Both the position numbers and the translations under genes were made by a program. Shown one piece after another: positions 51,088-62,784 of a stretch of 64,000 bases of DNA. Each line of letters begins with the position of its first letter. Within the stretch, counting starts at the first letter, position 1. This DNA comes from Antedon mediterranea (taxonomy: Eukaryota; Animalia; Echinodermata). The notes under the pieces are model-generated. The model was not told where the DNA came from. It searched no databases and was given only the letters and a program-made list of their open reading frames with translations. The stretch covers positions 17,006,871 through 17,070,870 of the forward strand of contig NC_092676.1 in NCBI RefSeq assembly GCF_964355755.1. The letters run 5' to 3'.

Positions 51088-54000
51088 ATGATGACTTCTT
51101 TAAAAGCAAGTTGTGTGTGGCTTTCTATGGCATTAATCATAGGTGCTATTGCTATTGTATCAACCCAACATCCTGTTCCCACAACTAAAATTACCAGTGT
51201 TGTCATCGTTGGGGCTACCGGTGACCTAGCTCAACGATATCTGTGGCAAGGATTTTTTAATTTATTTGTAGGTAAGTTTGCATGTTTGTTTTTATACTAA
51301 TTAAAAGTAAGTATACAAATACAATTAATATTTATACTATTAAGAAAGCATACAATAATAAATATTGTAATCAATGTGTATTATTTTATAGCACACCCCA
51401 GAGGCTACCCTCAACACCTTACTCTCTGTGGCAGTTTTCAAATGTTGTCTAAAACATTCCAAGTAAAATTTTACCCACAACCCCAGCATCCCCACCCCAT
51501 CCCTACCATCACTGCAGGGAGTTTAAATGTATGTTAAAACCTTCACAGTATTATTGCATATAGACCAATTTAAATACGGTATTGAATACCATACTAATGT
51601 TAAAATTCATTTTTTAAAGAAATGGAATCTGTTGATCATCATCTAAAACTGTATGGTGCCACAAGGGTTAATGCAGAGGAAGGTACAGTACTCCTGAAAA
51701 ACATTCTCAATGAGCGTGTTCAGTGTAACAAATTGACAGTCCCAATCCCGTCCAACTGCGAGGATTTGAGAGAAAAATTCCTTTCACGTGTGCAATACAA
51801 ACAGCTAAAGAAAGCGGAACAATACCAGGAACTCTGCAAGATGTTTGAAATGGAAGCAGACCAAGAACATGCTAAGGAAAATGGACGTTGGTTTTATCTG
51901 TCTGTACCTGCTTTTGCATATGCCAATATTGCTGAAAATGTGGGGAGCTGTAAGTATTTTCATGACATCATCATCATCATCATCTTTTATTGAGTCAGCA
52001 TTTTCCCTTCTTCCAAGGGTTACTGACTGTCACTCATTCCAGGCTGCTACACCATCTCTCTACTTTTTCCTGTTTTGCGCATCATGTTTCTTCAAACCAA
52101 CTATCCTGCTTTCTTTCTATCTTTCTACGTCACCTTTGGCTGACCTCTTTCTCTTCTACCTCCAACTTCTAAATGCACTTATAAATTGAATAAATGTCAA
52201 CAGTTACTGGCTCCGCAGCAGTCAATACAATATGTATTATTAAGATATGTATAGTAAAATTGTGGTTTTAATCAACATATCAATGACTTTCAGTTTGCAG
52301 ACCTACTGTGAGTAATACATGGCTGCGTGTTGTCCTTGAGAAGCCCTTTGGGCATGATCTGATGTCAGCCAAAAAGTTGTCTGACCAACTTATGGAACAT
52401 CTACATGATGAGGAAATGTATAGAATTGACCATTATCTTGGAAAAACAGGTACATATTTAAAATCCTATTGGTTTAGTCCAATGTTCCACAAACTTCCTA
52501 AGCACCACATGTTAGGTCCTAAGAACAAATGCATGTAGGAAAATTAAAAAAAATGTTTGAGGATTGCTGGGTTAGACAAATTTAAGCATAAGTATCATTA
52601 TAATTTGATAAGCTACAGTACTTGATATGAACAAACATTACTTATGAAATGAAATAAATTCTAGGATATATACTTGCTTGGCACCACAAAAGTTTGCAAT
52701 GTTTAATATTGTATAAGAAGCAACTTTTGTTCTATATTAATTTGAGTTTAAATGTAAATTGTATGTTTCTTGAACCAGGAGTATCTTCGATTTTGCTATT
52801 CCGACAGCTCAATCAAGATAAGTACGAACAAATTTGGAATAAGCATCATGTGGAAAGAGTTGAAATAGTTATGAAAGAAAAACTTGATGTCACAGGTAAG
52901 TACAACCAATACCCTACCTATAAAGCATTGTTCCAAAAGACATGTTCTAAATGTAAATCACCTACTGTACATTATCTTATGCTCTGTCTACACTATCAAA
53001 CTTTATGTGACAAAAACACATACTCTGCCCATACTGTTGGACATGATGACATCATATCACTACCTATTTGGGCACATCACACTTTTTTTGTCAAATTAGT
53101 TTGATAGTGTATACAGAGCGTTATACCTTATACTGTGTAACACCTACATTCACATTTCAGTAATTCGTATTATTTATTGTTGATACAGGTCGTTTTAGTT
53201 TTTATAATGAGTATGGAGTTATACGAGATGTCATGCAGAACCATCTGACAGAAATATTAGCACTTATTGCCATGGAAATACCAGCAGATATCAGTTCACC
53301 TGAACAGCACAGATTTGAGAAAATTAATCTTATGAACAAAATCCAGCCAATCAGAAAACAGCATGCAGTGATTGGTCAGTATAAAGCCTACCAGGAAGAG
53401 CTACGGGATGAACTAGGTAAGGCAGACAACTTCACAAGTCTTGTTCCAACATTTGCAGGTGTCACGTTATTTATAAATTCTCCTAGATGGTTTGGTGTTC
53501 CCTTTGTGTTGGTCTCTGGTAAAAAGATGGACTCAAAATCTGGTTACGCAAGAATAGTATTTAAACAAAACAATTTCTGTGTAAATGATGGCGGGATAGA
53601 GGGTGATTGTGGCACTAAACAAATTGTTATATACACTGGTGGTACAGGAGAAACCAAACCAATGCTTTTGGTAAGTAAAAATCTTCTTCGACCAAATGTT
53701 TTTGCAGACTGGACAACAAAATATTCATTCGAAGACCAGAATTTATTTGGTTCTGATTTCAAAGACTTCAATCATTATTCTCCACCTGTTGAAGCAGATG
53801 CCTACTCAGCTCTTTTACGATCTTGCTTCCTTGGAGAAAAGCAAAATTTCATTGCTTCTGATGACCTAATGCAGTCTTGGAAAATATGGTCACCACTTCT
53901 AAAAGATCTCGAAGGTACCATTCCACGAGAATACCCAGGAGGAATCAATAATGGAGAAATCTTAGATTTTGTTTCTTTAACTTCTGGCACTCAGTTTGTA

Positions 54001-54780
54001 ACACAGCAGAATGAACCACTGTTTGAAAACAGATATCAACACAATATTGCATTTAAAACTTCAACATTTAGAAATGAGTTTTTAGTATCTGGTGAAGCCA
54101 AACAAGTAATAGAAGCGCTTGCTGTGGATATATATAATTCTTCAATCTTCAGTATTAAGTCGCGAGGATATTTCCACCTGGCACTTTCTGGTGGGAAGAG
54201 TCCAGTTCCATTGTTTCATGAACTTTCCCAATTGGACAGCTTCCCTTGGAGAGACACTCATATTTGGTTGGTTGATGAAAGGTGTGTAGATTTTGATGAC
54301 GACAACTCAAATTTTAAATCACTGACTAAGAATTTGATAGACTACATTAGCATCCCGTATAGGAATGTGCATCCGATGCCAATAACTGGTGTATGGGAGA
54401 ATTGTGACAAGGAACAAAGTATCTACTATGACAATGACATCAGAAAGAGGACAAATGGCATATTTGATTACATTGTTTTAGGCTTGGGAAAAGATGGACA
54501 CACCGCTTCACTCTTCCCCCACAGCACAGCGCTTGAAGAAGACCGCCAGTTTGTCAGTGTCACCGTAAATCCATCAGATGGTTCTAGCCGACTTTCTCTT
54601 ACATACCCATGTTTGAATGCTGCCAGAACAGTATCCGTTTTAGTTACAGGTGCAGATAAAGTAGACATTGTCAATAGAATAAAAGGTGGTATTGTTGATA
54701 AAATGAACTTGCCTGTAACAGGTGTGTCACCTGATTCAGGAGTCAGGTGGTATATAGATGATGGAGCTCTAACCGGTTAA
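51088..54780 (+). CDS. H6PD: Hexose-6-phosphate dehydrogenase / 6-phosphogluconolactonase (ER bifunctional GDH/6PGL), 5 coding exons, 792 aa
   Basis: Exons 51088-51271, 51620-51949, 52294-52449, 52779-52895 and 53189-54780. Signal peptide. Motifs [28 protein letters not shown] and RDVMQNHL; C-terminal 6PGL domain with [15 protein letters not shown] and [11 protein letters not shown]. Confidence 0.96.
51966..52168 (-). mobile_element. RTE-type LINE 3' end fragment in an H6PD intron
   Basis: The reverse strand encodes a decayed [13 protein letters not shown]...DAQNR, then AATAAA and a (GAT)n tail. Confidence 0.65.
52980..53120. mobile_element. Harbinger/PIF-like MITE family 1 (representative copy)
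   Basis: TIR gctctgtctacactatcaaact...agtttgatagtgta(g/t)acagagc with TTA TSD (52977-52979 and 53121-53123). Other copies at ~22319-22432, 41360-41518, 45968-46101, 48261-48335, 48452-48533 and 62546-62668. Confidence 0.85.
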
Positions 54781-54945
54781 ACATAAACCACTACTACAGC
54801 TTGGTAAGACACTGTTGAGTAACATACAATGTTACTGTAAAATATAAAAACATCTGAAAAAGTGGGTGTATGGGATATATCTTTTTAAATCCCTCATTGG
54901 ACACTACCAAAATAGTCCACTTTATTACTGTAGTATTGAATAACA

Positions 54946-55042
54946 CAGTTCCGTAGCCAAGAGAATTAAAGTGGTGCAGTTGTCATAACAAGAAGGACCA
55001 ATCCCCTATGCAGGCAAAAATGGTTGAAACCTCACCAACCAT
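54946..55042. mobile_element. Tiny (~97 bp) relative of the 11651-12730 element in the H6PD 3' region
   Basis: Termini cagttccgtagcc and ggctacggccctg resemble the TIRs at 11651 and 12730. Confidence 0.5.
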
Positions 55043-56641
55043 ACTGGGGGGCTACGGCCCTGCTTCAGGAACAAAGTGTCCCCTTAATAGAGGTTGGACA
55101 TAGCGTTAACATATATATTTTCCCTGATCATTTCATGGGAAAGTGTCTGATTCTATTGTTTTGAATTAAGTAGACAGACCATTTCTTTCTGCAACAACCT
55201 GTCTATTCAATATTATTGACCTTGAACAAATTAACAGAAACGCTTGAAATACATTCATAACATTTATTTGTATCAAATAGTTTAGTAAAGAAAGCAGTAT
55301 GCAATTTGATTTGTTTAAAATTAAGAAAATGTAAAAGAAAAGAAAATATACTATGCAAGTTCTGTAAAAATGTATAGTAATCTAGTGCTAAAAACGTTGC
55401 TAGGAACAAAAGCAAAATATCTATAATATATTTTAGATTTTTTTTAAATGCAGACAAATTTGAAGAAAAAGCATTAAATCCAATAAAAAGGTCTGTAACG
55501 GTAGTCGTGTCGAGGGCCAAGACAATAACGATGGCACACAATTATTCAATGTACAAAATATAATATTTATTCAATCAAAAAGTAATATTATAAAACAATG
55601 TGAAACGTAGTGATTCTGACTGATGTTATAGTCTCAAGAATCAATACCCGAACTAACTAACTTAACTACAAAACATATATTTATATTAAGGGGACAGGAA
55701 GGATGACTAATTAAATGGTACCACATCCTGATTGACTTTCCTTGGAAGACCCACCTCAGGAATGTAGTGTTCCAAGTTAAGTAGGCATCGGGGAGAGTAA
55801 GGGGTGAATAGCCTGTGTGACTAATAGGGTTTGGTCCCACCATGTTACATTCCCCCGCTCGTCAATTCGAAGCCGTGTCTTCGAAACCAACGAGTCACTG
55901 AGCCAAAAATGTATTGAGAAACAAACTTAACTACGAACATCGTAAATCTAAACAAAAGAAAAAGTAACGCAAATCGTCACAAATCAATAAATCGGCAAAC
56001 GTGGCAAAACATACAAAAGTAAAAGTAAAATTGGTAAAAGTTCTCAAATTAAAAGTCATAATAACAATATAAAGCGTTCATAATAATATATAGCTCAGCA
56101 AACATGTTCAGTTGAAAATGAAAGTCAGCAGGACATAAATGTAGGAACTCCTGTATTTACTCCTGATGGATCCATCAATCAGCTGTTGCCTAGAAACAAG
56201 TTGACCTGCTTCCCAAAATTCAGTTCATAACAAAAAAATTTGAGAACGACATAACTGCAGTTGACTGTCCACTATATCTTGAAGAAAATCTTTAAAAAGT
56301 GTACATTTCTGGATTCAAGTTTCTCATCAATCCGAGGAATAAAGTGAAATAGTTTATCAATAAGTAATTCTCATGTAAGTGTTAAAAGTTTCTTGTGATC
56401 CATTATAATTAACTTCATTCAGGGAACATAGTTGTGAAAAGCTTCTTGTACCCAATGGGCAGGAGGGGAGAACCAATAAAACACAATTCAACATACACAT
56501 CATCATGACAGTGGCAGTAAACTTAATACTACATTTAACTAAATCCAATCTGATAAGCAAATAACAAGATGAAATTGATTTTACAAAATTATTGAAAAAG
56601 ACACTGTACATAAGGTGTAAAAATAAAGTATCCTAACATAA

Positions 56642-59600
56642 TTAGATTCGAGACAAAGCATCAGCATTAGTATTATGTGATCCTTTCTTATATTGAACAG
56701 TAAAACTATAAGGCTGTAAAGTCAAACTCCATCTAGTAAGACGAGGATTTGTAGTTTTCATTTGATCCAGCCATTTAATAGCTTTGTGATCTGTTTGTAC
56801 TATAAAGGGCCGACCATATAAATAAACATGAAATTGTCGTATGGCCCACAAAATAGCTAAGCATTCTTTTTCCATAATCCCATAGTTTTCTTCACACGGA
56901 GTTAATTTCTTACTTAAATAGGCAACAGGGTGTTCATGTTCATTATCGTCACATTGGGTCAAGACTGCGCCGATAGCTTGATTGCTAGCGTCACATTGTA
57001 GGATAAATTGTTTATCAAAATTTGGGCTTACTAATACAGGGGAATCGGTCAATTTTGTTTGTAAGGTTCTAAAGGAAGTTTCCATTTGCTCCGACCAGTT
57101 AACATTATTAGGGGATGATTTCCGAGTGGCCTCAGTCAGGGGGAGCGCAATTTGGGAAAAGTCAGGGATGAATTTCCGATAATAATTAGCAAGGCCTAAG
57201 AATGCCCGGATATTGGTTTTGGTTATGGGGCGGGGATAGTTCTGTAAAGCAGATAATTTATCCGGACTGGGTCTTACTAGGCCGTTTCCAATTACATGAC
57301 CCAAATATGACACAGTTTCCTGGGCTATCTCACACTTAGTAGGTTTTACTGTGAGGCCTGCTGCGTTTATCCTATCTAGTACTTCAGTTATGTGGAGTAA
57401 GTGGGAATTCCAGTCGGTACTAAATATCGCAATGTCATCTAAATAAGCACGGGCAAAACATTCAGTGCCCCTTAGAATGTTATCCATTAGTCTCTGAAAG
57501 GTACCTGGGCTATTAGCCATGCCAAATGGCATAACTTTGTATTGGTATTGGCCCCATGGTGTAATAAATGCAGACTTAAGTTTAGCTTCATCAGTCAGAG
57601 CTATTTGGTAATACCCTTGTGTTAGATCAAGTTTAGTAATGAATTTGGCATTACCGACCTTATCAATGATATCATCTATACGGGGCATAGGGTATGGGTC
57701 AATAATGGTGATTTTGTTTAATTCCCTGTAATCGGTACAAATACGTAGTGATCCATCCGGTTTTGGAACAGAAACAATGGGGGCAGCCCATGGGCTTGTC
57801 GATGGTTCAATAATACCATTATCATGCATGTGTTGTATTTGTAATTTGACTTGGTCTTCTAATGCATAAGGGATTCTATAGGCTTTTTGTCTTATTGGGG
57901 TATCTGTTGTCGTACGGACTTCATGTTTTACCATATCTGTTCTACCTGGGATATCTGTAAACATAAATCGTTTTGAGGAGAAGATATGGTGAAGGTCATC
58001 TTTCTGGGAAGGGGTAAGATAGCCCGGGATATCAATGTCTTTATAGGATTGGGCCTGGGAAGTGGCGGGGCCTGGTGGCTCAGGGGGAAACCAATCGTCT
58101 GGATCGGGGTCAGGGGCAGTGTACATACAATCATTGTTTTGTTTCTGTGGACGTTCGTTGTATAATCGTAGTAAATTAATGTGGTATGTTTTGTGTTTGT
58201 TACCAACTAGTATTTCATAATTAACATCACTGAAAACTTTAGAGATAGGATAGGGACCTTGCCATTTAGATTTAACTTTCGATGTGTCATCTGGGAGGAG
58301 AATTAATACTTTCTGTCCCACCTTAAATTTTCGAGGCAATGTTTTCTTATCATAATAATGTTTCTGTTTCGCTTGGGCTTGTTTAAGGTTGGTTCTAGCA
58401 ATGTCATTAACAACCCTTAATTTGTCTTGTAAGTCACTTATGTAATGAGAAATAGGTTGTTTGTTGTCTATCGTGTTTGTCATGCTGTCCTTTAAAAGTC
58501 GAAGTGGTGTTTTAACTTCGTGGGCAAATACAAGTTCAAAGGGTGTGAATCCTGTTGATTCATGTTGGGCATCGCGGTATGCGAATAGAAATAAAGGAAC
58601 ATATCTATCCCATTCATCAAATTGTTCTGGGGCGAGAGACTTTATCATATTTTTCATTGTCCCATTAAACTTCTCGACAAGACCATTTGTTTGCTGGTGA
58701 AAAGGGGTAGACGTCATCTGTTCAATTTGTAATAAGTCTGATAATTGTTTCATCAGTCGTGAAGTGAAGTTTGTGCCCTGATCGGATAGGATTTGTGATG
58801 GGAATCCAAAATCTTTGAACACCAATATCAATGCATCGGCCACAGTTTTGGCTTCAATATTACTAAGGGGCACAGCAAAAGGGAATCGAGTGGCATAGTC
58901 GCAAATTGTCAGTATATAGGCTTTTCTGTTTTTCGAACGTTTAAGTGGGCCTAGAATGTCAATTCCTACTTTGGAGAATGGTTGACCGACAATTTCTATG
59001 GGTTTCATGGGGGCCTTACTATACGTATTAGCATGGGCTGTTTTCTGACATATGTCGCATGTTCTACAGTACGTAGCAACATCCGAAAAAATACCTGGCC
59101 AATAAAAGGATTGTAGGATACGTTGTGTTGTTTTGTTTACACCGAGGTGGCCGGATGTTGGGTTGTCATGGGCTAAGGAAAGTATAGTCGGGCGATAAAT
59201 TGTGGGCAATACGATTTGTTCTAGGCCAGGGAGATTAACACTGGTCTTAATAGATTTCCATTTTCTAAATAATATATCATCTTTCAAATAAAAGCATACA
59301 CGATGAGAATTAATTTGGTCAAAAGAGACAGTTCTATCATGTATTATGGTGCTAATGGTTTTATCTTCTTTTTGTTGATGTGCAAGTTGGTGTGGTGTTG
59401 TTTTGATGTCCAAAGGTGAATGATCGGTAATGTGGGCAGTGGTAGTGTTGTCATTTTTCTTTACAATTCGGGACGATCTTGGGGAAGGTTTAAGTGGTAG
59501 GGCATCAGGGATTGGGGACGTTTTAACATTAAGGGCAGCAGCTAAATTAATAGCCTCTTGTCTTTCTTGGTCATGGGCTTGTTTTCTGGTAATAGCTAGT

Positions 59601-59938
59601 ATAGAAGGGGGCCATGTGACGTCGTTTGGGTTACCGGTCATAACTTCGTTGCCAAGTAATAAGTCTTTAGGGGTGTCATTACTCACGGCTGCCTTTAATT
59701 TTCCTCTATAGGCCTTACAATCAATATGTACGTGTACAACTGGGAGGGTTATGCATTGACCAGTAAAGCCTTGTACGGTGACAGTTTCACTGGTATAATC
59801 CTTGGGTTTAACAAAAGTACTTTTTACAATGCTTTGGGAGCACCCAGTGTCTCTAAGTATTTCAGCCTGTATGTTGTTAATTGTACCAGACAGTAACCAT
59901 GGGCTGGTCCCACAATTGTGTTTAATATACAGGCCTAG
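56642..59938 (-). CDS. Pol polyprotein in PR-INT-RT-RNaseH order, in frame with gag and lacking its own initiator before the protease
   Basis: The frame is open from the codon after the gag stop: protease LRDTGCSQS and LLLGNE; integrase HHCC (AHD...GHLG...CDIC) with core motifs GIDILGP, SDQGTNF and NGLVEKFN; RT YLDD; RNase H CDAS and TDH. Confidence 0.93.
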   Translation of the reverse strand, partial: LGLYIKHNCGTSPWLLSGTINNIQAEILRDTGCSQSIVKSTFVKPKDYTSETVTVQGFTGQCITLPVVHVHIDCKAYRGKLKAAVSNDTPKDLLLGNEVMTGNPNDVTWPPSILAITRKQAHDQERQEAINLAAALNVKTSPIPDALPLKPSPRSSRIVKKNDNTTTAHITDHSPLDIKTTPHQLAHQQKEDKTISTIIHDRTVSFDQINSHRVCFYLKDDILFRKWKSIKTSVNLPGLEQIVLPTIYRPTILSLAHDNPTSGHLGVNKTTQRILQSFYWPGIFSDVATYCRTCDICQKTAHANTYSKAPMKPIEIVGQPFSKVGIDILGPLKRSKNRKAYILTICDYATRFPFAVPLSNIEAKTVADALILVFKDFGFPSQILSDQGTNFTSRLMKQLSDLLQIEQMTSTPFHQQTNGLVEKFNGTMKNMIKSLAPEQFDEWDRYVPLFLFAYRDAQHESTGFTPFELVFAHEVKTPLRLLKDSMTNTIDNKQPISHYISDLQDKLRVVNDIARTNLKQAQAKQKHYYDKKTLPRKFKVGQKVLILLPDDTSKVKSKWQGPYPISKVFSDVNYEILVGNKHKTYHINLLRLYNERPQKQNNDCMYTAPDPDPDDWFPPEPPGPATSQAQSYKDIDIPGYLTPSQKDDLHHIFSSKRFMFTDIPGRTDMVKHEVRTTTDTPIRQKAYRIPYALEDQVKLQIQHMHDNGIIEPSTSPWAAPIVSVPKPDGSLRICTDYRELNKITIIDPYPMPRIDDIIDKVGNAKFITKLDLTQGYYQIALTDEAKLKSAFITPWGQYQYKVMPFGMANSPGTFQRLMDNILRGTECFARAYLDDIAIFSTDWNSHLLHITEVLDRINAAGLTVKPTKCEIAQETVSYLGHVIGNGLVRPSPDKLSALQNYPRPITKTNIRAFLGLANYYRKFIPDFSQIALPLTEATRKSSPNNVNWSEQMETSFRTLQTKLTDSPVLVSPNFDKQFILQCDASNQAIGAVLTQCDDNEHEHPVAYLSKKLTPCEENYGIMEKECLAILWAIRQFHVYLYGRPFIVQTDHKAIKWLDQMKTTNPRLTRWSLTLQPYSFTVQYKKGSHNTNADALSRI

Positions 59939-60940
59939 TCATTGATCTTTTGCAGGGTTGTTGTTAAGTGGGCATTGTCGACTAATGTGGCCTGGTTTAT
60001 TACATTTATAGCATGTAATGTTTTGTGTTGTGTATTGGCGAGTTGTGTAGGTACCGCTAGGGGCTGAATAATTATCAAAAGGGATCGAGAGCAAAGGTTT
60101 TGGGGAATAACTCGATGTAGGTTGGGGAGGGCCTTGGGATGCGGGACTGTAACTAGAAAACGACGGGGCTGTTGATGGAGGGGCGGATATTCTCGGGGAA
60201 GGTCTGGTGTTGGGTTTAGAAATAGATTCCATCCAGGGTTTACCTTTAATTTCAATCAAGGTATCGGCAATTCGAGAAAATTCATTGGACGTTTTGGGCT
60301 CTCTTTCTTTGATTAGGGAAGCAAGTGGGAAGGGGAGTTTTTGGATTGCCTGATCTAAAACAAAAAAGTCAAGAATTTCCTTGGGGTCTTGTAGGTTAAC
60401 TTTTGCACTTCGGAGCCACCTCGTCATGTCTCGATCAAGTTTTCCAACCCACTCTCTAGTGGACATTGAAAGGGGTTTGGGGGTTTGTCTAAATTGTTTC
60501 CGATATGTTTCGGCTGTGAGGTGGTACTTCAAGAGGATAGCATCTTTAAGGTCATTATATGTGAAGTTCTGTAAAGGCATATCGTTGTAGGCCTCCCTGG
60601 CTTTACCAGTTAATTTTGGGAGAAGGTGTAGGGTACAATTTTCGGGGGCAATTTGGCACTGTGCTGCAATACGCTCAAAGCATGACAAGTAGATGTCAAT
60701 GTCATCCTTATCTGTGATTTTAGGGATCTTATTAATGGGGCTATGAGTATCCTGGGGCGGTTGTTGACGCATTCGAAGACGTTGGAGTTCAAGTTCTAAC
60801 TCAAGCATGCGCATTTGCATAGCTGTTTCGGATTGAGATGGTGGGGGAGGGCTAGGTGGACTCTCAAAGTTAGGAGCCAACCCAGGGGTACTAATAGGGG
60901 TTGTACGGGTTTGGGACCGAGTAAGTCGCGGAGTTGCCAT
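59939..60940 (-). CDS. Gag with SCAN-like capsid domain and CCHC zinc knuckle
   Basis: IDIYLSCFERIA...LTGKAREAY, LTAETYRKQFR...VLDQAIQKLP...EREPKT (SCAN-like), and CYKCNKPGHISRQC. Confidence 0.92.
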   Translation of the reverse strand: MATPRLTRSQTRTTPISTPGLAPNFESPPSPPPPSQSETAMQMRMLELELELQRLRMRQQPPQDTHSPINKIPKITDKDDIDIYLSCFERIAAQCQIAPENCTLHLLPKLTGKAREAYNDMPLQNFTYNDLKDAILLKYHLTAETYRKQFRQTPKPLSMSTREWVGKLDRDMTRWLRSAKVNLQDPKEILDFFVLDQAIQKLPFPLASLIKEREPKTSNEFSRIADTLIEIKGKPWMESISKPNTRPSPRISAPPSTAPSFSSYSPASQGPPQPTSSYSPKPLLSIPFDNYSAPSGTYTTRQYTTQNITCYKCNKPGHISRQCPLNNNPAKDQ

Positions 60941-61100
60941 TTTAAGTGAGAATGTACGATAAGTTTGGAATCAATTAGGCTAATAACAGAATGTACCTTA
61001 ACTACAATATAAGTAATATTGAGAATTATTATACAATTATCAACAAGAATTATTAAAGTATAAAATAAATGCCACTGTCAGTATGAAAGTATATGCTAAT

Positions 61101-61306
61101 TAGAGTGTAGATTGGTTACTCACCCTTTACTTGTGTTGCTCTTTGTACGTCTCTGTTCCTTTGTGTTTCTTGTGTTTGTTGTTTCCAAGAGTGTAGAATG
61201 GTTACTACTCACTCTTTACTTGTGTTGCTCTCTGTGTTCCTTTGTGTTCCTTGTTGTTGTGTCCAAGAGTGTAGATTGGTTACTACTCACTCTTTACTTG
61301 TGTTGA
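61101..61306. repeat. Two and a half ~80-bp tandem repeats in the retrotransposon 5' UTR
   Basis: agagtgtaga(t/a)tggttact...ctttacttgtgttg at ~61102, 61187 and 61266. Confidence 0.8.
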
Positions 61307-62784
61307 AAACAAAATCCGTTTCGGAAATAAAAATCAGCTTCTTTTCAAATTCTACAGCTTGGTCGACTGTATAAATTTACTTTTTCTTCGTGAGTTCGTA
61401 AAAACCGCTGCCACCATGTAACGGTAGTCGTGTCGAGGGCCAAGACAATAACGATGGCACACAATTATTCAATGTACAAAATATAATATTTATTCAATCA
61501 AAAAGTAATATTATAAAACAATGTGAAACGTAGTGATTCTGACTGATGTTATAGTCTCAAGAATCAATACCCGAACTAACTAACTTAACTACAAAACATA
61601 TATTTATATTAAGGGGACAGGAAGGATGACTAATTAAATGGTACCACATCCTGATTGACTTTCCTTGGAAGACCCACCTCAGGAATGTAGTGTTCCAAGT
61701 TAAGTAGGCATCGGGGAGAGTAAGGGGTGAATAGCCTGTGTGACTAATAGGGTTTGGTCCCACCATGTTACAAGGTCTAACAATGAGATCGAATCTTAAA
61801 ATGTAATTAATGCAATTAATTGAGAAGATATAAATAAATATTTGTGAGAATAAGAGATAACTAATAATGAACTATTGTTCTTGTAGAACTTTCTCTATAA
61901 TTCAATATTGAATATTTTTCATCAATGATGGCAAAAAAAAAAAGAGTCCTGAGTTGTTGTATTTAAAAGGGGAAAATCAAAATAATAAAATGATCAGCTA
62001 CCAGTTCTATTTGAATAGAAAAAACCATCCTTGCATAAGATAAGCATTGAATACATAGTTTAGTTGATGGCAAGACTGTCCTAAGACAATAGAAAATATA
62101 GAGACATAGTAAAATTTACCGTCAATGAATCAATCATTTTCAGATCCAAAATTAAACATTACCCTTATTATTTTCCATTAAAAAGAAAGCAACGGATATT
62201 TTAATATATTGCTTGCCTACTGAATAGTTCAATGCTCATAACCGGGTATGAGCTCCGAGATCAAAGCGTTTATCTGTTGCTGTGACACTATCAGTTCCAC
62301 GCCCCTTAACAGACACCGCACACCGTGGAGAATATGTACATAGTACAGTACTGTTGGTATTTGTCGCTGCCAAACATAAGATCAAAGGACTGTAACGAGT
62401 TGTTTTATTGCCTTAGTTAGAGCTATTTTACAGTAATATTTAAAAAGTTGTGCAGTGGGTGGTGCACTGAAGTAAATGTAATATTGTATGTGGCATAACA
62501 CTCTATAGGTCTCAACTAGGAAAGATTAGTGGAAGTCACCTCTCAAGCTCTGTTTATACTATTAAACTAGTGTGATAAGCCGAAATATAGTAGTGATATG
62601 ACACTATGTCCATATATGGGCACATCATATTTTTTTTTCACATAAAATTTGATAGTGTAGACAGAGTTTTACAACATGTTGGTTAAAAATTCATTCACAA
62701 ATCTGAATATACCCCTAAAGAGATATTGTAAGCAGCCCCTAGTGCACATGTTGAGCACCTAACTAATTAATACACAAAGTTGTT

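Larger units (their letters stand above)
55494..61772 (-). mobile_element. Intact, very young Gmr1-like Ty3/Gypsy LTR retrotransposon
   Basis: 356-bp LTRs at 55494-55849 and 61417-61772 (TGTAAC...GTTACA, no difference seen). 5-bp TSD AGGTC (55489-55493 and 61773-61777). PBS TGGTGGCAGCGG (tRNA-Leu type) at 61405-61416. PPT GAGCGGGGGAA next to 55849. Confidence 0.97.

Noticed and set aside
55634-55843. Identical 69-aa ORF at 55634 and 61557
   Set aside because: It lies inside the two LTRs; the identity reflects LTR duplication, not a gene pair.
55850-56641. Possible env or third ORF between pol and the 3' LTR
   Set aside because: Only short ORFs (84 aa or less) with no recognisable fusion-protein features.
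62226-62340. Possible tRNA or SINE-like segment
   Set aside because: No convincing A/B boxes or cloverleaf could be built by eye.
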